Origin: a phage
Strand: one strand, 5' to 3'
Sequence record: OZ335963.1
Length of the DNA stretch: 64,000 nucleotides
Position 1 is the first letter of the stretch; every line of letters begins with the position of its first letter. A program made the position numbers and the translations under genes. Positions 9,301 through 18,929 of the stretch are shown piece by piece. The notes beneath the pieces are model-generated. The model saw nothing but the letters and a program-made list of their open reading frames with translations. It was not told the DNA's origin and did not search any database.

Positions 9301-9987
9301 TTAAAAATCGTGGGTAGAATCAGCTTCAAGAGCTACTACATAATTCGCATGTTCACCTTCAAATTTAGCAGCACCTTGTTTACCTTTTGCCCAGAGCAGA
9401 AGTTTATAATTTCCTGGTTGCATTTTCATATTTGCCATATTGATAATGAAATTAAATGTATTTTCACCATCATAATCACCAAGAGTCAAAGAATATTTAA
9501 CACGGGTCAAAGCAGAATCTTCTACTTTGTTAAAACCGTTAATTACGATTTTACCTTCTTTTACTGTGATAGCAATTGTATCAATCTGCAGACCACGAGA
9601 TACACGCAACAGCTGTTGAAGGTCTTCAGCTTTAATTTCGGTAACAACAGATGCTACCGGGAATGGAATTGGTTTATTAGGAGCAACTACTGTACTTGGA
9701 TCGGCTGCTGGCCAAAAAATTGTTGAACGAGCATCAGCAATTTTAATATTTCCATCTTCTGACTGGGAAATTTCTGCATCGTCATTAACTAGGGACAGAA
9801 TACCGAGAAAACCGTTCAAATCGTAAATTGCTACATCAAAATCAATGGTGTCAGAAATATTTGCTTCCGCATAAGTTGTACCATTAACTGCGCGAGTCAT
9901 AATAAATTGACCGGATTTAAGCATAATACCAGAGTTAATAGTAGCGAAATTTTTAAGCAGAGCAGTAGTATCTTTAGACAGTTTCAT
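9301..9987 (-). CDS. 45: sliding clamp gp45
   Basis: 228 aa, matches remembered T4 gp45. Confidence 0.95.
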   Translation of the reverse strand: MKLSKDTTALLKNFATINSGIMLKSGQFIMTRAVNGTTYAEANISDTIDFDVAIYDLNGFLGILSLVNDDAEISQSEDGNIKIADARSTIFWPAADPSTVVAPNKPIPFPVASVVTEIKAEDLQQLLRVSRGLQIDTIAITVKEGKIVINGFNKVEDSALTRVKYSLTLGDYDGENTFNFIINMANMKMQPGNYKLLLWAKGKQGAAKFEGEHANYVVALEADSTHDF

Positions 9988-9999
9988 GTAATTTCCTTC

Positions 10000-10043
10000 A
10001 ATTCAAATGAGATTTAATTTTATAACTAATTTAATAAAGCAAT
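10000..10043 (-). promoter_or_regulatory. candidate MotA-dependent middle promoter for gene 45
   Basis: Minus-strand AATTGCTTTA (MotA-box like) about 12 nt upstream of TATAAA -10-like element. Confidence 0.4.
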
Positions 10044-10432
10044 TAACGATTAAAATCGGCAGCAATTGTTTCCGCAACAAGTTGAGCAGCAACAATTAGA
10101 CGTTCATCTGCATTACCGCAATAATCATCTTCAAGGCGTTCACCACATGAAGTCATAATAAATTTAGCACCAGCATTTAAAGATTCTGTCGTATGTTTGC
10201 GCATTAGTTCAATCCATTTATTGCTTACTTCACGATCGATAGCTTCATAATACGCATGACGAGCAGGTGCAGATTTAATTTTATTCTGAATAACTTCCAT
10301 CGCGTTATCAGAAAGAGACAAAACCCATGCTCGACGAATTTTATTTTGATTTTGTGGATTTGATTCAGAACGCACGTGTTTTGGCTGAATATCTTTTACA
10401 TCAACAGTATAATTCACAGTAATTTTAGTCAT
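10043..10432 (-). CDS. rpbA: RNA polymerase binding protein RpbA
   Basis: 129 aa in T4 position upstream of 45. Confidence 0.85.
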   Translation of the reverse strand: MTKITVNYTVDVKDIQPKHVRSESNPQNQNKIRRAWVLSLSDNAMEVIQNKIKSAPARHAYYEAIDREVSNKWIELMRKHTTESLNAGAKFIMTSCGERLEDDYCGNADERLIVAAQLVAETIAADFNR

Positions 10433-10441
10433 AATACACCT

Positions 10442-10630
10442 TTAGTCATAATAATCAGTAACAGTCCAAGCTTCATTTCTGTTGGACATTATTTTCGTAT
10501 ATTCTGCTTTAAATGCATTCTTAAGCATAGATTCAGTAACTATATGCTCTTCATTAGAAAAATTATTTCTCAGAATATATCGTTTTATTTCAGGAATAGT
10601 TAATAGATGCTGTCCAGTTGAATATTCCAT
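10442..10630 (-). CDS. 45.2: gp45.2-like small protein
   Basis: 62 aa, T4 position and size. Confidence 0.6.
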   Translation of the reverse strand: MEYSTGQHLLTIPEIKRYILRNNFSNEEHIVTESMLKNAFKAEYTKIMSNRNEAWTVTDYYD

Positions 10631-10685
10631 GTTTTTCCTCCATAGAGATTATACTCTAATAAATTAAAGCATAATCTCTTATAAA

Positions 10686-12368
10686 TTAAACCATTACAGT
10701 AAATCGACCAACTTTCTTCATTTGAAGATGTTGACCGTATGCTTGCGGGTCATGGTCTCTATGTGAAATAACAAAAACATTAGTATTTTTTAAACTATCT
10801 AAAATAGTTGAAATAGCTTTTACGCCTTCAACATCGGTTGCTGAATCAAAAACTTCATCAAGAATTAATGTGTTTATTTTAACACCTGAAACTTTTTCGG
10901 CAATATCACGCCAAGTAAATAAAAGAGCAATATCAATTCGTGCTTTTTCACCTTGACTGAATGAAGCATAACTAAAATCTTCACGACCACGGGATTTAAT
11001 TGTCTCATTAAATTCTTCATCTAATGTAAACACATAATCCGCTTCCATTATTTTAAGATAATGGTTAATCTGCTTATTAAATAATGGAATGTACTTTTTA
11101 ATAATAGCACCTTTAATACCAGAATCTTTGAGCATATCAGTCAAAATTCCTCTGTGGTATTTTTCCATTACTAAATTAGTTTTTGTCTTAACAATTTTAT
11201 CAAGTTCTTCTTGAAGCAGTGCTATTTCATCAGCATGGTCAATAAACTCGGATGATGCTTTTTCTATAGCTGCTTTAACTTTTTTAGCTTTATCTACCGT
11301 CGTGATTAGAGATTGCTTTTTATTGCGAATATCATTCGCCAACGTCTGCTGGGTTTTAATATTATCTCGGTATTCATCAACGAGAACTTTTAAATTATCA
11401 CGATGTGTTGAAAGCTGTTCAAACGAATGCGTGCATTCAGAAACTTTATCTTTAATTTTAGAAACAACTTTATCACCGGAACTTAATTGTGACAAACAGG
11501 TTGGACATAATCCACCTTCGTGATACATATTAATGACTTTATTATACGAGTCAATTTTTGATTTAATTAAAAATGCTTCTTGACCGATTTTATTAAATGC
11601 ATCAGTGGGGTCTTCATCCAAAACAATATTAACTAATCTTTCATTAGCTTCTTCTATTTCCGATTTTAGCGTTCTAGCTTCTTTTGCCAAATCATCATAC
11701 ATATTCTGCAGACGAGTAAGGTTATCACCGGTTAATTTTTTCTGACGTTCAACGTTATCATTATATATTTTAATTTGTTGGATAATACTATCTTTTTTAA
11801 CATCAAGCACTTGGTTTTGTGAATTTAATTCACGTATTAGTGCTTTATTAAGCTTATCCATTTCAGCTAATGTTCCTACCTCGAGTAGGTCTTCGACAAG
11901 CTTTCTTCTTGCAGGAGTGGATAGGCCCATAAAAGGGGTATATCCAGCCGTGCCGAGTACGACGATCTGTTTGAAACTGGCGTATGACATTCCGATAAGC
12001 TGTTCAAATTCTGCTTGGAAATCTTTACTGCTGGCAGATTCATTAAGACGTGTACCGTTAACGGTGATTTCGAAAACATTCGGTTTTTGTCCTCTTTTGA
12101 TATAGTACTTTTTCTCATCATATTCCATCCACAGTTCAACTAAAAGTTCTTTCTTATTTGTGCTGTTTATTAATTGACCTTTCTTTACATCACGAAATGG
12201 CTTGCCAAAAAGCCCAAATGTGATGGCTTCTAACATAGTAGACTTACCACCGCCATTTCGTCCAGTAATAAGAGTTTTTTGAACCTTATCTAGTTGAATG
12301 TCAATAGGATTTCCACCTACTGACATTATATTTTGATACCTAACTCGGTTTAGTTTAAAATTCTTCAC
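10686..12368 (-). CDS. 46: recombination endonuclease subunit gp46 (Rad50/SbcC-like ATPase)
   Basis: 560 aa; Walker A GRNGGGKST, long coiled coil with CPTC zinc hook, C-terminal ABC signature. Confidence 0.93.
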   Translation of the reverse strand: MKNFKLNRVRYQNIMSVGGNPIDIQLDKVQKTLITGRNGGGKSTMLEAITFGLFGKPFRDVKKGQLINSTNKKELLVELWMEYDEKKYYIKRGQKPNVFEITVNGTRLNESASSKDFQAEFEQLIGMSYASFKQIVVLGTAGYTPFMGLSTPARRKLVEDLLEVGTLAEMDKLNKALIRELNSQNQVLDVKKDSIIQQIKIYNDNVERQKKLTGDNLTRLQNMYDDLAKEARTLKSEIEEANERLVNIVLDEDPTDAFNKIGQEAFLIKSKIDSYNKVINMYHEGGLCPTCLSQLSSGDKVVSKIKDKVSECTHSFEQLSTHRDNLKVLVDEYRDNIKTQQTLANDIRNKKQSLITTVDKAKKVKAAIEKASSEFIDHADEIALLQEELDKIVKTKTNLVMEKYHRGILTDMLKDSGIKGAIIKKYIPLFNKQINHYLKIMEADYVFTLDEEFNETIKSRGREDFSYASFSQGEKARIDIALLFTWRDIAEKVSGVKINTLILDEVFDSATDVEGVKAISTILDSLKNTNVFVISHRDHDPQAYGQHLQMKKVGRFTVMV

Positions 12369-12628
12369 AAAAGATTCCTTTTAATGTATCTTTTAGACCA
12401 TTCTATCATATCATCATAATCTAAAAAGTATTCATCAAATTCAGCCATGCAAACAACACCTTGTGCTGCCTTTGATGTGATATAAATTATTCCAACATAT
12501 CTAGAATCTTCTTCGGTGTAATCAATATTTGCTATGAATTCATCGTTAATGTCAAATGTCGAAAACTTCACAGTATGCATCCTTAATACAAGATACAGCC
12601 ATATCTTGTAATGATTTAGGTGTGTCAT
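12365..12628 (-). CDS. hypothetical protein (46.1 position)
   Basis: 87-aa ORF; true start may be the internal Met at 12580. Confidence 0.45.
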   Translation of the reverse strand: MTHLNHYKIWLYLVLRMHTVKFSTFDINDEFIANIDYTEEDSRYVGIIYITSKAAQGVVCMAEFDEYFLDYDDMIEWSKRYIKRNLL

Positions 12629-12815
12629 TATCTAAAATGTTGAAATTAAAAGATACAGCCCAATCAGTGCAGACCGTAACCTTTTTAATACAATTATCTT
12701 CAACCTCTAGCGGTTCAAACCAATATTCAATAATTTCTTTATGCCCAATATCATCTTTTACTTCGCATTCAAAATGCTGACTCATCATAACATTTTTAAA
12801 TTCATCAAAAGTCAT
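12552..12815 (-). CDS. hypothetical protein (46.2 position)
   Basis: 87-aa ORF, start overlaps gene 47 stop. Confidence 0.55.
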   Translation of the reverse strand: MTFDEFKNVMMSQHFECEVKDDIGHKEIIEYWFEPLEVEDNCIKKVTVCTDWAVSFNFNILDNDTPKSLQDMAVSCIKDAYCEVFDI

Positions 12816-13831
12816 TGTGTTGCCTCTACATATAACTGATTTGCATATTGAATAAGTGCTTCGCGGTCAGAATCAGTGATGTCTGGAATTGCATTAATGT
12901 ATTCTTCCATCAACATCTGAAGAGATTGAACTTCAACTTCTTCACTATCATCTGACTCGACAGAGTTATCAATCTTTGACACAACTCGTAATGAATGCAC
13001 AACTTTTTCTAGTTCAGATTCGAACTTCGTTAGATTTTTGTCTACTTCAGTTACTATAACACGCACTGATAGATTTGTAAAATCTTTATAGTCAATTTTT
13101 CCCTTAAATGGATACTGAATTCGACGATGCCAGGTGGTGTTGTTTGGAATAAATTCCATTCGTTCTGTTTCTGTATCAAACATCCAGAACCCGCGAGGGT
13201 CATTCTCGTCACCTGCAGTTAGTGTCCATGGTGTCCCAATATATCTGACGTTAGCAGCCTCAGAGATAGTATGGAAGTGACCAGACCACACCTCTTTATA
13301 AGTCTTAAGGAAATCAGGTTCAAGACCATGAGATTTCATTCCTTTATAAAAATAAAATCCATTCAGTTCCCAGTGACCAACACAAAAAGAAGCAGATGAA
13401 GTTTTGATGTGTTCAAGAATTTCACCAGTATTTTCTTCGCACATCCAAGGAATTAAATCAATCAAACATCCGTCAAAATCTACTGTAGTAGGCTTATCAT
13501 ATACTTTAACATTAGGATATTTAGCCAAAAGCTCAGTAGAAGCATTTGGAGTTAAAGTATTTTTAAAGTGCATATCATGGTTTCCTACAACAGTATGTAG
13601 GGTAATACCAGCATCATCAAGCATTTGAACTATTTCACGGGCGAATTCCATAGTTTTATGCGTGATTGCTTTTCGCACATCAAAAATATCGCCGTATTGA
13701 ATCCATGTAGTAATTCCATTTTTCTTAGAATATTCTATTGCTTGTTTAATTCCATCCAACTGAATGGATTGAACCCACTCATCATCGGCTTTAACACCTA
13801 AATGCCAATCACCTAAATTTAAAATTTTCAT
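12812..13831 (-). CDS. 47: recombination endonuclease subunit gp47 (Mre11/SbcD-like phosphoesterase)
   Basis: 339 aa; calcineurin-like metallophosphatase motifs (GDWH, GNHD, GHWE). Confidence 0.93.
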   Translation of the reverse strand: MKILNLGDWHLGVKADDEWVQSIQLDGIKQAIEYSKKNGITTWIQYGDIFDVRKAITHKTMEFAREIVQMLDDAGITLHTVVGNHDMHFKNTLTPNASTELLAKYPNVKVYDKPTTVDFDGCLIDLIPWMCEENTGEILEHIKTSSASFCVGHWELNGFYFYKGMKSHGLEPDFLKTYKEVWSGHFHTISEAANVRYIGTPWTLTAGDENDPRGFWMFDTETERMEFIPNNTTWHRRIQYPFKGKIDYKDFTNLSVRVIVTEVDKNLTKFESELEKVVHSLRVVSKIDNSVESDDSEEVEVQSLQMLMEEYINAIPDITDSDREALIQYANQLYVEATQ

Positions 13832-13968
13832 ATATCAAGAACCGTCATTGAAATGCAAAATAAAATTATTGAAATAAATCCATCTGGAGTGCTAAAGAAC
13901 CCAATCCAACATGCTCTAGTGAATAGATAAAATGCGAGAAAAAGTATCACATATCCAAGAAATATCAT
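13828..13968 (-). CDS. small hydrophobic protein, 46 aa (47.1 position)
   Basis: MIFLGYVILFLAFYLF...; stop overlaps gene 47 ATG (ATGA); below ORF-track size cut-off. Confidence 0.35.
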   Translation of the reverse strand: MIFLGYVILFLAFYLFTRACWIGFFSTPDGFISIILFCISMTVLDI

Positions 13969-13991
13969 TATATCAAACTCCGTATAAAGCT

Positions 13992-14009
13992 AAAGGGCCG
14001 AAGCCCTTT
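13992..14009 (-). other. C(UUCG)G hairpin overlapping the alpha-gt stop codon
   Basis: aaagggccgaagcccttt. Confidence 0.65.
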
Positions 14010-15210
14010 ATTTTGTAATAATGTCAAACTGTTCTTTAAAGCAGAAGCTTGAATCTTGATGCTGATACAAAAATTCATAAGCTTTTTCGCGTTCACGGTC
14101 ATAAAGATTTCGGTCAGATGACAGTTCTTTAATACGCTCAAATGTTGATTCCATGTCATTTTCATCAAACCAAACGATACCGCTATCATGAGAAATTAAC
14201 GGAGTATTATCAACACGGAATTTTAAATTTTCGCCAGTAGATTTCCAAAATACCGGAATTGTTCCACACGCACCAAGCTCGAGATGAGTATATTCTAAAG
14301 AACGTTGTAGATATTTTTTGTCCAACTTACTCAACTGATAACCAAATCCGGATTTACTCATGCGTTCAAGCATCTCGCTATTTACATAACGGTCAAGAAT
14401 TTGCGTTGGCAAATTAGGAGCAATTTTAATTTGGTCTACTTGATGAAGACGATAATATTCGTATGGAATTCCTTTTTCTTTAATAGGAATGAACGCTGGA
14501 GAACGTTCCAGACCTTCCATAATAGTACTTAGCCCAGCAGGTTTAAGATGTTTTTCGTGAAAATCAAACATCTGATAAAAACCTTTCCATGTAGTCGTAC
14601 GACCAATCCAACGGTTGACATTCATGTTAATTTCAGAAACATCTTTCCAGTAGGTTGATCGAACCTTCGCAATATCCATAGGAGGCTGAAAGTTGTATAC
14701 AGTCGGTGCTTCTTCAATATCGTCAAACAGTGAAACAGTTTCTGGATACCATTCTTTCATCAGAACTTTATTAAAATCACCATTATCAGAATGACTAAAA
14801 ATAACATCAGCTCGGCGAACAGTTTCTTCTAATCCCAAATTTCGGCGCAAAGAAAGAGAAGAATGGTCATGTTGATAAACTACAACACGAACCGAAGGTT
14901 TAATGTTATCAATAATTTTTTTATAGTTATTAATAGTGTCTTCTTCGACTGAAGTAGCAGGAACTGAATTGATAATTAGAATATCACAATCATTTACCAG
15001 CTTAAGTGTTTTATCGTATTCTTTTGCCAATAAAACCGGAATTGAAAATGATTTATAATCATGCGCGCAATTACGGGTAAATGATTTATCTTTAGCATAA
15101 ACCAAAGTTACTTCATGACCATTTTTAATAAACCAATCACGTTGCTCAAGAGAAAATTTAGTTACGCCACAACCTTCAAGACCTCGAGCCATAAAAATGC
15201 ATACTTTCAT
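14008..15210 (-). CDS. a-gt: DNA alpha-glucosyltransferase
   Basis: 400 aa, strong match to remembered T4 alpha-gt with scattered substitutions. Confidence 0.93.
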   Translation of the reverse strand: MKVCIFMARGLEGCGVTKFSLEQRDWFIKNGHEVTLVYAKDKSFTRNCAHDYKSFSIPVLLAKEYDKTLKLVNDCDILIINSVPATSVEEDTINNYKKIIDNIKPSVRVVVYQHDHSSLSLRRNLGLEETVRRADVIFSHSDNGDFNKVLMKEWYPETVSLFDDIEEAPTVYNFQPPMDIAKVRSTYWKDVSEINMNVNRWIGRTTTWKGFYQMFDFHEKHLKPAGLSTIMEGLERSPAFIPIKEKGIPYEYYRLHQVDQIKIAPNLPTQILDRYVNSEMLERMSKSGFGYQLSKLDKKYLQRSLEYTHLELGACGTIPVFWKSTGENLKFRVDNTPLISHDSGIVWFDENDMESTFERIKELSSDRNLYDREREKAYEFLYQHQDSSFCFKEQFDIITK

Positions 15211-15260
15211 TTAATATCCTCATTGTTTTGGTTTATTTTACCAAAAATTTATAAAGCAAT

Positions 15261-15280
15261 ATAGGAGCCGAAGCTCCTAT
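15261..15280 (-). other. C(UUCG)G hairpin (GGAGC-UUCG-GCUCC)
   Basis: ataggagccgaagctcctat. Confidence 0.6.
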
Positions 15281-15450
15281 CCGCATAATACACCATACAG
15301 AGGCTCATTAGAGCTTCTAAATTTTATGCGTTTATGTGTTATAGTTCCTTCTGCTTTAGCTTTATCATGAGACTCTTTAAAGCGTCTCATCATTTCTACT
15401 TTAGAGGAACGAATTTTATTATAATCTATTTCACAAGTCTGGGCGTTCAT
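15277..15450 (-). CDS. small ORF, 57 aa
   Basis: ATG 4 nt after the stop of the upstream ORF; ends in the UUCG hairpin; not in ORF track. Confidence 0.3.
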   Translation of the reverse strand: MNAQTCEIDYNKIRSSKVEMMRRFKESHDKAKAEGTITHKRIKFRSSNEPLYGVLCG

Positions 15451-15453
15451 CTT

Positions 15454-15660
15454 TCACAGTTGCCACCATTTTTTGACTTGATAGGAATCAACCCACACTT
15501 TCATATTAGGGTCTGCTCTTACAATAGGAGGATTAACTTCTTTAATTGAACTATCGTGGTATTCTTTTTCAGAAATTTTCACACAAAGATGACCATTCAA
15601 AGATTCAGTAAATCCTGCATTAATTTTAAGACGCTTGAATTTTACGTGTGTAAGCATCAA
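15454..15660 (-). CDS. hypothetical protein
   Basis: 68-aa ORF in the a-gt-55 interval. Confidence 0.5.
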   Translation of the reverse strand: MMLTHVKFKRLKINAGFTESLNGHLCVKISEKEYHDSSIKEVNPPIVRADPNMKVWVDSYQVKKWWQL

Positions 15661-15943
15661 TCATATCCTCAATCTGCGATCTAGTAGTCTTCCAAAGAAT
15701 ACTAATGAGTTCATCGTTATATGGCTGTTTTAGAATATCCCGACTTTTCTTGATAGCATATTCGTATTGAGCAAAATTATTGTTTTCAGCTGCAATCTGA
15801 GCGTGCTTATAAAGACGGTTCAGTTCGCGTTTGTTTTTAGACAATAACTTATTTGCTTTTCTTTCTGCTTCAAGACGGTTCTTTTCTTCAAGAGAAGAAA
15901 TAAGCTTTTCCACTTCATCATTAATTTCGGGTTTATCAGTCAT
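15626..15943 (-). CDS. hypothetical protein
   Basis: 105-aa ORF, lysine-rich helical. Confidence 0.55.
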   Translation of the reverse strand: MTDKPEINDEVEKLISSLEEKNRLEAERKANKLLSKNKRELNRLYKHAQIAAENNNFAQYEYAIKKSRDILKQPYNDELISILWKTTRSQIEDMIDAYTRKIQAS

Positions 15944-15944
15944 A

Positions 15945-16163
15945 TTATTTCTCTAATATAAAATAAAAATCATCATCTGTTAAATGATACCGATAGTTTA
16001 ATTCTACACCATTAGATTTAAAAGCGGTATCATACGGATTTTCTGGATCAATATCAATGTCAAGAGCTAAAACTTCCCTGAGATACATTTTAAGTAAATA
16101 GGGAATAGCTTCAACTTCAGGTATTTCTTCCAAGAATCCGGAGAGGTTAATCGTTAGCCTCAT
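15945..16163 (-). CDS. hypothetical protein
   Basis: 72-aa ORF, start overlaps gene 55 stop. Confidence 0.55.
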
Positions 16164-16704
16164 ATAAAAAATCCAAACTAGGAGAATCGTCTACAACACT
16201 TTTCTTTTCAGCCCCCGGTGTTCTATAGGTTGATTCTTCGTAATGCGTCATTTTATCGTAGATGTCTTGAATAAAAGTTTCATCTACTAACGCAACCATA
16301 TCGTCGTCACGACTGTCATAGACATTGTGAACGAAGTAACTATATTTCTTTGCAACTTCCTTACGTTCTTTTTTAATACGCTGGACGAATGCATTAAAAC
16401 AAGCTTGAGTTATATATGCATGTGGGTTTTTATATTTCGTTTCATCAAAATTATGAAGCCCCTTAATAGAAGCTTCTATACCATCTGCAATCATTTCTTG
16501 TTTCCAAGATTGGGTGTATCCTGAAAAGTTGAAACGTTTAGATAAGCCTTCTGCGATAAGCATAATGGCTAATCCGATAGTATCATTCTGACGAACTACT
16601 TTATTTGGGTCTTTATTATTTGCTAATTCTGTTTTCCAATCAATAATAGCTTGTAAAAGCTCTTTATTGTTTACGTAATTATATTTAGGCTTAGTTTCTG
16701 ACAT
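16147..16704 (-). CDS. 55: late sigma factor gp55
   Basis: Start taken at [20 protein letters not shown] as in remembered T4 gp55 (185 aa). Confidence 0.93.
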
Positions 16705-16782
16705 TTTCACCTCTTAGCTCAATTCATAGATCTATTATATCATAATATTTGAAGATCTATCTTAAAGCATAGAGGATATCAG

Positions 16783-17052
16783 TTATCTAAGTAAGCAGTA
16801 TGCTTGGAATACTTTCTCCATCATCTTTTTAAATTCATGAATATCTATATAATGACTAGTTAAATCAGCATGATATAAAAAGTCTAAAAACTTTTCATGT
16901 GTGCTAACATATTCACTTTCATTTAATTCAGAAACATGGCTTTCCCAATATCCAACACCAGTCTTATTTGGGAAAAATGAAATTTTCATATATTGGTCAA
17001 CATAGAAAATTCCATAATTTTCAATAGTAATAGAAATATTAATAAATTTCAT
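16783..17052 (-). CDS. hypothetical protein
   Basis: 89-aa ORF upstream of gene 55. Confidence 0.55.
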   Translation of the reverse strand: MKFINISITIENYGIFYVDQYMKISFFPNKTGVGYWESHVSELNESEYVSTHEKFLDFLYHADLTSHYIDIHEFKKMMEKVFQAYCLLR

Positions 17053-17270
17053 ACATTCATCAACTTAGCCGCTTCAAGAGCTGCATCTAGTGAATCAAAT
17101 TGGTCAACGTATTCAATCAATTCGCCGTAATTAGCGTATAACCACCATTGGCTAAATTCATACTCAAGGATGAATCCATTTCCTTCAATTTGAGTTAAAC
17201 CAATGCCGTTTGTATTTACTTCATATCCAGCAAGACGCAAATCGTTAATAAGAGCTTCGTTCATATTCAT
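17049..17270 (-). CDS. hypothetical protein
   Basis: 73-aa ORF, coupled to neighbours. Confidence 0.55.
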   Translation of the reverse strand: MNMNEALINDLRLAGYEVNTNGIGLTQIEGNGFILEYEFSQWWLYANYGELIEYVDQFDSLDAALEAAKLMNV

Positions 17271-17593
17271 ACCTTAGCAATTTTCAGGTCAGCAAATTTT
17301 TTCTTGCGTTGATTTTTCATACGACGAATAGTTTTATCAGAAATTTCATGCTTTTGATAAGCTTTAGATTCTACACCAAAAGCTTTAACATCAAATTCTG
17401 ACAAGATATATTGAACCAACAATTCACGGACAGTATTGCGTCCAATCTTCTGATCATTCTGTTTCATCATCTGATGAAGCTCTTTTTCCCATTTATCCAA
17501 AATTTGAGGAGTTACAATATCGCCTTTTTCTAACAAAGAAACTACTTTATCATATGCGTAAGAATTGATGGCGTTTTTAATTTGAATAGTCAT
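17267..17593 (-). CDS. hypothetical protein
   Basis: 108-aa ORF. Confidence 0.55.
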   Translation of the reverse strand: MTIQIKNAINSYAYDKVVSLLEKGDIVTPQILDKWEKELHQMMKQNDQKIGRNTVRELLVQYILSEFDVKAFGVESKAYQKHEISDKTIRRMKNQRKKKFADLKIAKV

Positions 17594-17631
17594 ACATTAT
17601 CCTCAATTACATTAAAATTTTATTATCCAAA

Positions 17632-17647
17632 AAGGGCCGAAGCCCTT
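17632..17647 (-). terminator. C(UUCG)G hairpin followed by U-run
   Basis: aagggccgaagccctt overlapping the stop of ORF 17646-17846, followed by UUUUGG on the transcript. Confidence 0.55.
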
Positions 17648-17846
17648 AGCTAAACTTTTTGGCACCCTTCCAGCCTTCGTACATCATTGCGGCTGATATT
17701 AATATTGCTCCTGCGCATTTTGAATATTTGTGATTCCAAAACCAGTTTAGAAAAACTTCGTCATCAATACCTTGGGCTATCATATTTTCAAAGAACTGAC
17801 GACGAGATTCAGCAATTCGTTGCGATAATTTAGATTCAGGATTCAT
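17646..17846 (-). CDS. hypothetical protein
   Basis: 66-aa ORF. Confidence 0.5.
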   Translation of the reverse strand: MNPESKLSQRIAESRRQFFENMIAQGIDDEVFLNWFWNHKYSKCAGAILISAAMMYEGWKGAKKFS

Positions 17847-17978
17847 TTAAATTTTCCAGTTACCATTTTCATCAATAAATTTAATCCAGTCATTTACTGA
17901 CCACTTGGTCGTATCGCCCTTTGGAGCAACATTTAAAGTGTATAATCCTTGTTTAAAAAGCATGCGTTTGATATTCAT
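17847..17978 (-). CDS. small ORF, 43 aa
   Basis: Start taken at internal Met MNIKRMLF preceded by GAGGAAA, directly after the stop of the upstream ORF. Confidence 0.35.
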   Translation of the reverse strand: MNIKRMLFKQGLYTLNVAPKGDTTKWSVNDWIKFIDENGNWKI

Positions 17979-17985
17979 ATTTTCC

Positions 17986-18279
17986 TCAGCTGTAACGATA
18001 GCACTCGTTTGATTTACGCTTAGCAACTCGTTGAGAAGTATTGTAATCAAAATCATCGTCAATGTAAACTGATTTTTTCAACTTTCTTACTTCACCACGT
18101 AATTGACGATTTAGCTCATCTTTAACTTCTGAATCGATGCCTTTCATTCTACGCCATTTATCAGAGCGAAAAATGTTTTCAACCATATCTTTATGACTTA
18201 CACCATCAGGAGCTTTACGCTTTCCGAAATAGTCATAATCACGAACTTTCAAGTCTTTACGACGATACGTTTTACCCAT
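17986..18279 (-). CDS. hypothetical basic protein
   Basis: Start taken at MGKTYRRKDLK (97 aa), overlapping the stop of the upstream small ORF. Confidence 0.5.
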   Translation of the reverse strand: MGKTYRRKDLKVRDYDYFGKRKAPDGVSHKDMVENIFRSDKWRRMKGIDSEVKDELNRQLRGEVRKLKKSVYIDDDFDYNTSQRVAKRKSNECYRYS

Positions 18280-18448
18280 GGAGTTTAATTTCCTTAGCAA
18301 CTGAACTAAATACAGCACGGTCACAAATCATCTGTTTATTCCATTTAAGTACAGTATAATGAACATCTAGATCATCTACTGCTGTAACAATAACAATATG
18401 TCCGTTAACACGATAATACTGATCTCTTTTAATCTCTTTATCAACCAT
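18272..18448 (-). CDS. small ORF, 58 aa
   Basis: MVDKEIKRDQYYRVNGH...; stop overlaps the next ATG; not in ORF track. Confidence 0.35.
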   Translation of the reverse strand: MVDKEIKRDQYYRVNGHIVIVTAVDDLDVHYTVLKWNKQMICDRAVFSSVAKEIKLHG

Positions 18449-18480
18449 ATCAAATCCTCAAAGGCAATTCATATGTTAAT

Positions 18481-18530
18481 AATACCACAGTTTGAACTTC
18501 CTGTAACAACTTTGTGAAAATTATTTTAGG
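18481..18530 (-). promoter_or_regulatory. candidate early promoter
   Basis: Shares the ...TTTGTGAAAATTATTTTA upstream module with the promoters at 50745 and 51075; -35 is GTTACA rather than GTTTAC. Confidence 0.35.
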
Positions 18531-18585
18531 GAACGATAAGAAGGGAACGATAGCTTAGAATGGTAATATACAGAATGTGAGAAAG

Positions 18586-18601
18586 AAAGGCCCAGAGGGC
18601 C
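18586..18601 (-). terminator. rho-independent terminator after the nrdH-like gene
   Basis: GGGCCC-UCU-GGGCC stem followed by UUUCUUUC. Confidence 0.6.
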
Positions 18602-18605
18602 CGTC

Positions 18606-18929
18606 TTAATCTTCTATGATATCTCTATCATATCCAAGTGAAATGAGAGTTTCTTTGAAGTGTTTAATGTTCTTTTGTCTAGAATCATTAATGAAAATGA
18701 CTGGATAACGAATGTTAAGAGATGTGAATCCAGCGCGTTTAGCAAGAGATACGATTAAAGGACGGTCGTATTCAATCTTACCATTATTAGTGAGGACTTT
18801 ATAAAATGTATAAGGAGCATTGAGCTCCTTTAAAAGTTTTGTAACAGTATAACATCCTGGACAACGTCCTACTTCTTCAGGGATGCCATAAATTTCAATC
18901 TTGTTCTTTAAGTTCGAGTTTTGTTCCAC
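18606..18929 (-). CDS. nrdH: NrdH-like glutaredoxin
   Basis: CPGC redox motif (EVGRCPGCYTVTK); no in-frame ATG before the domain; proposed GTG start at 18927-18929 with AAGGAA upstream; overlaps preceding ORF by 35 nt. Confidence 0.55.
   Translation of the reverse strand: MEQNSNLKNKIEIYGIPEEVGRCPGCYTVTKLLKELNAPYTFYKVLTNNGKIEYDRPLIVSLAKRAGFTSLNIRYPVIFINDSRQKNIKHFKETLISLGYDRDIIED

Noticed and set aside
13968-14189. 73-aa minus-strand ORF
   Set aside because: Lies entirely within the alpha-gt coding sequence in another frame.
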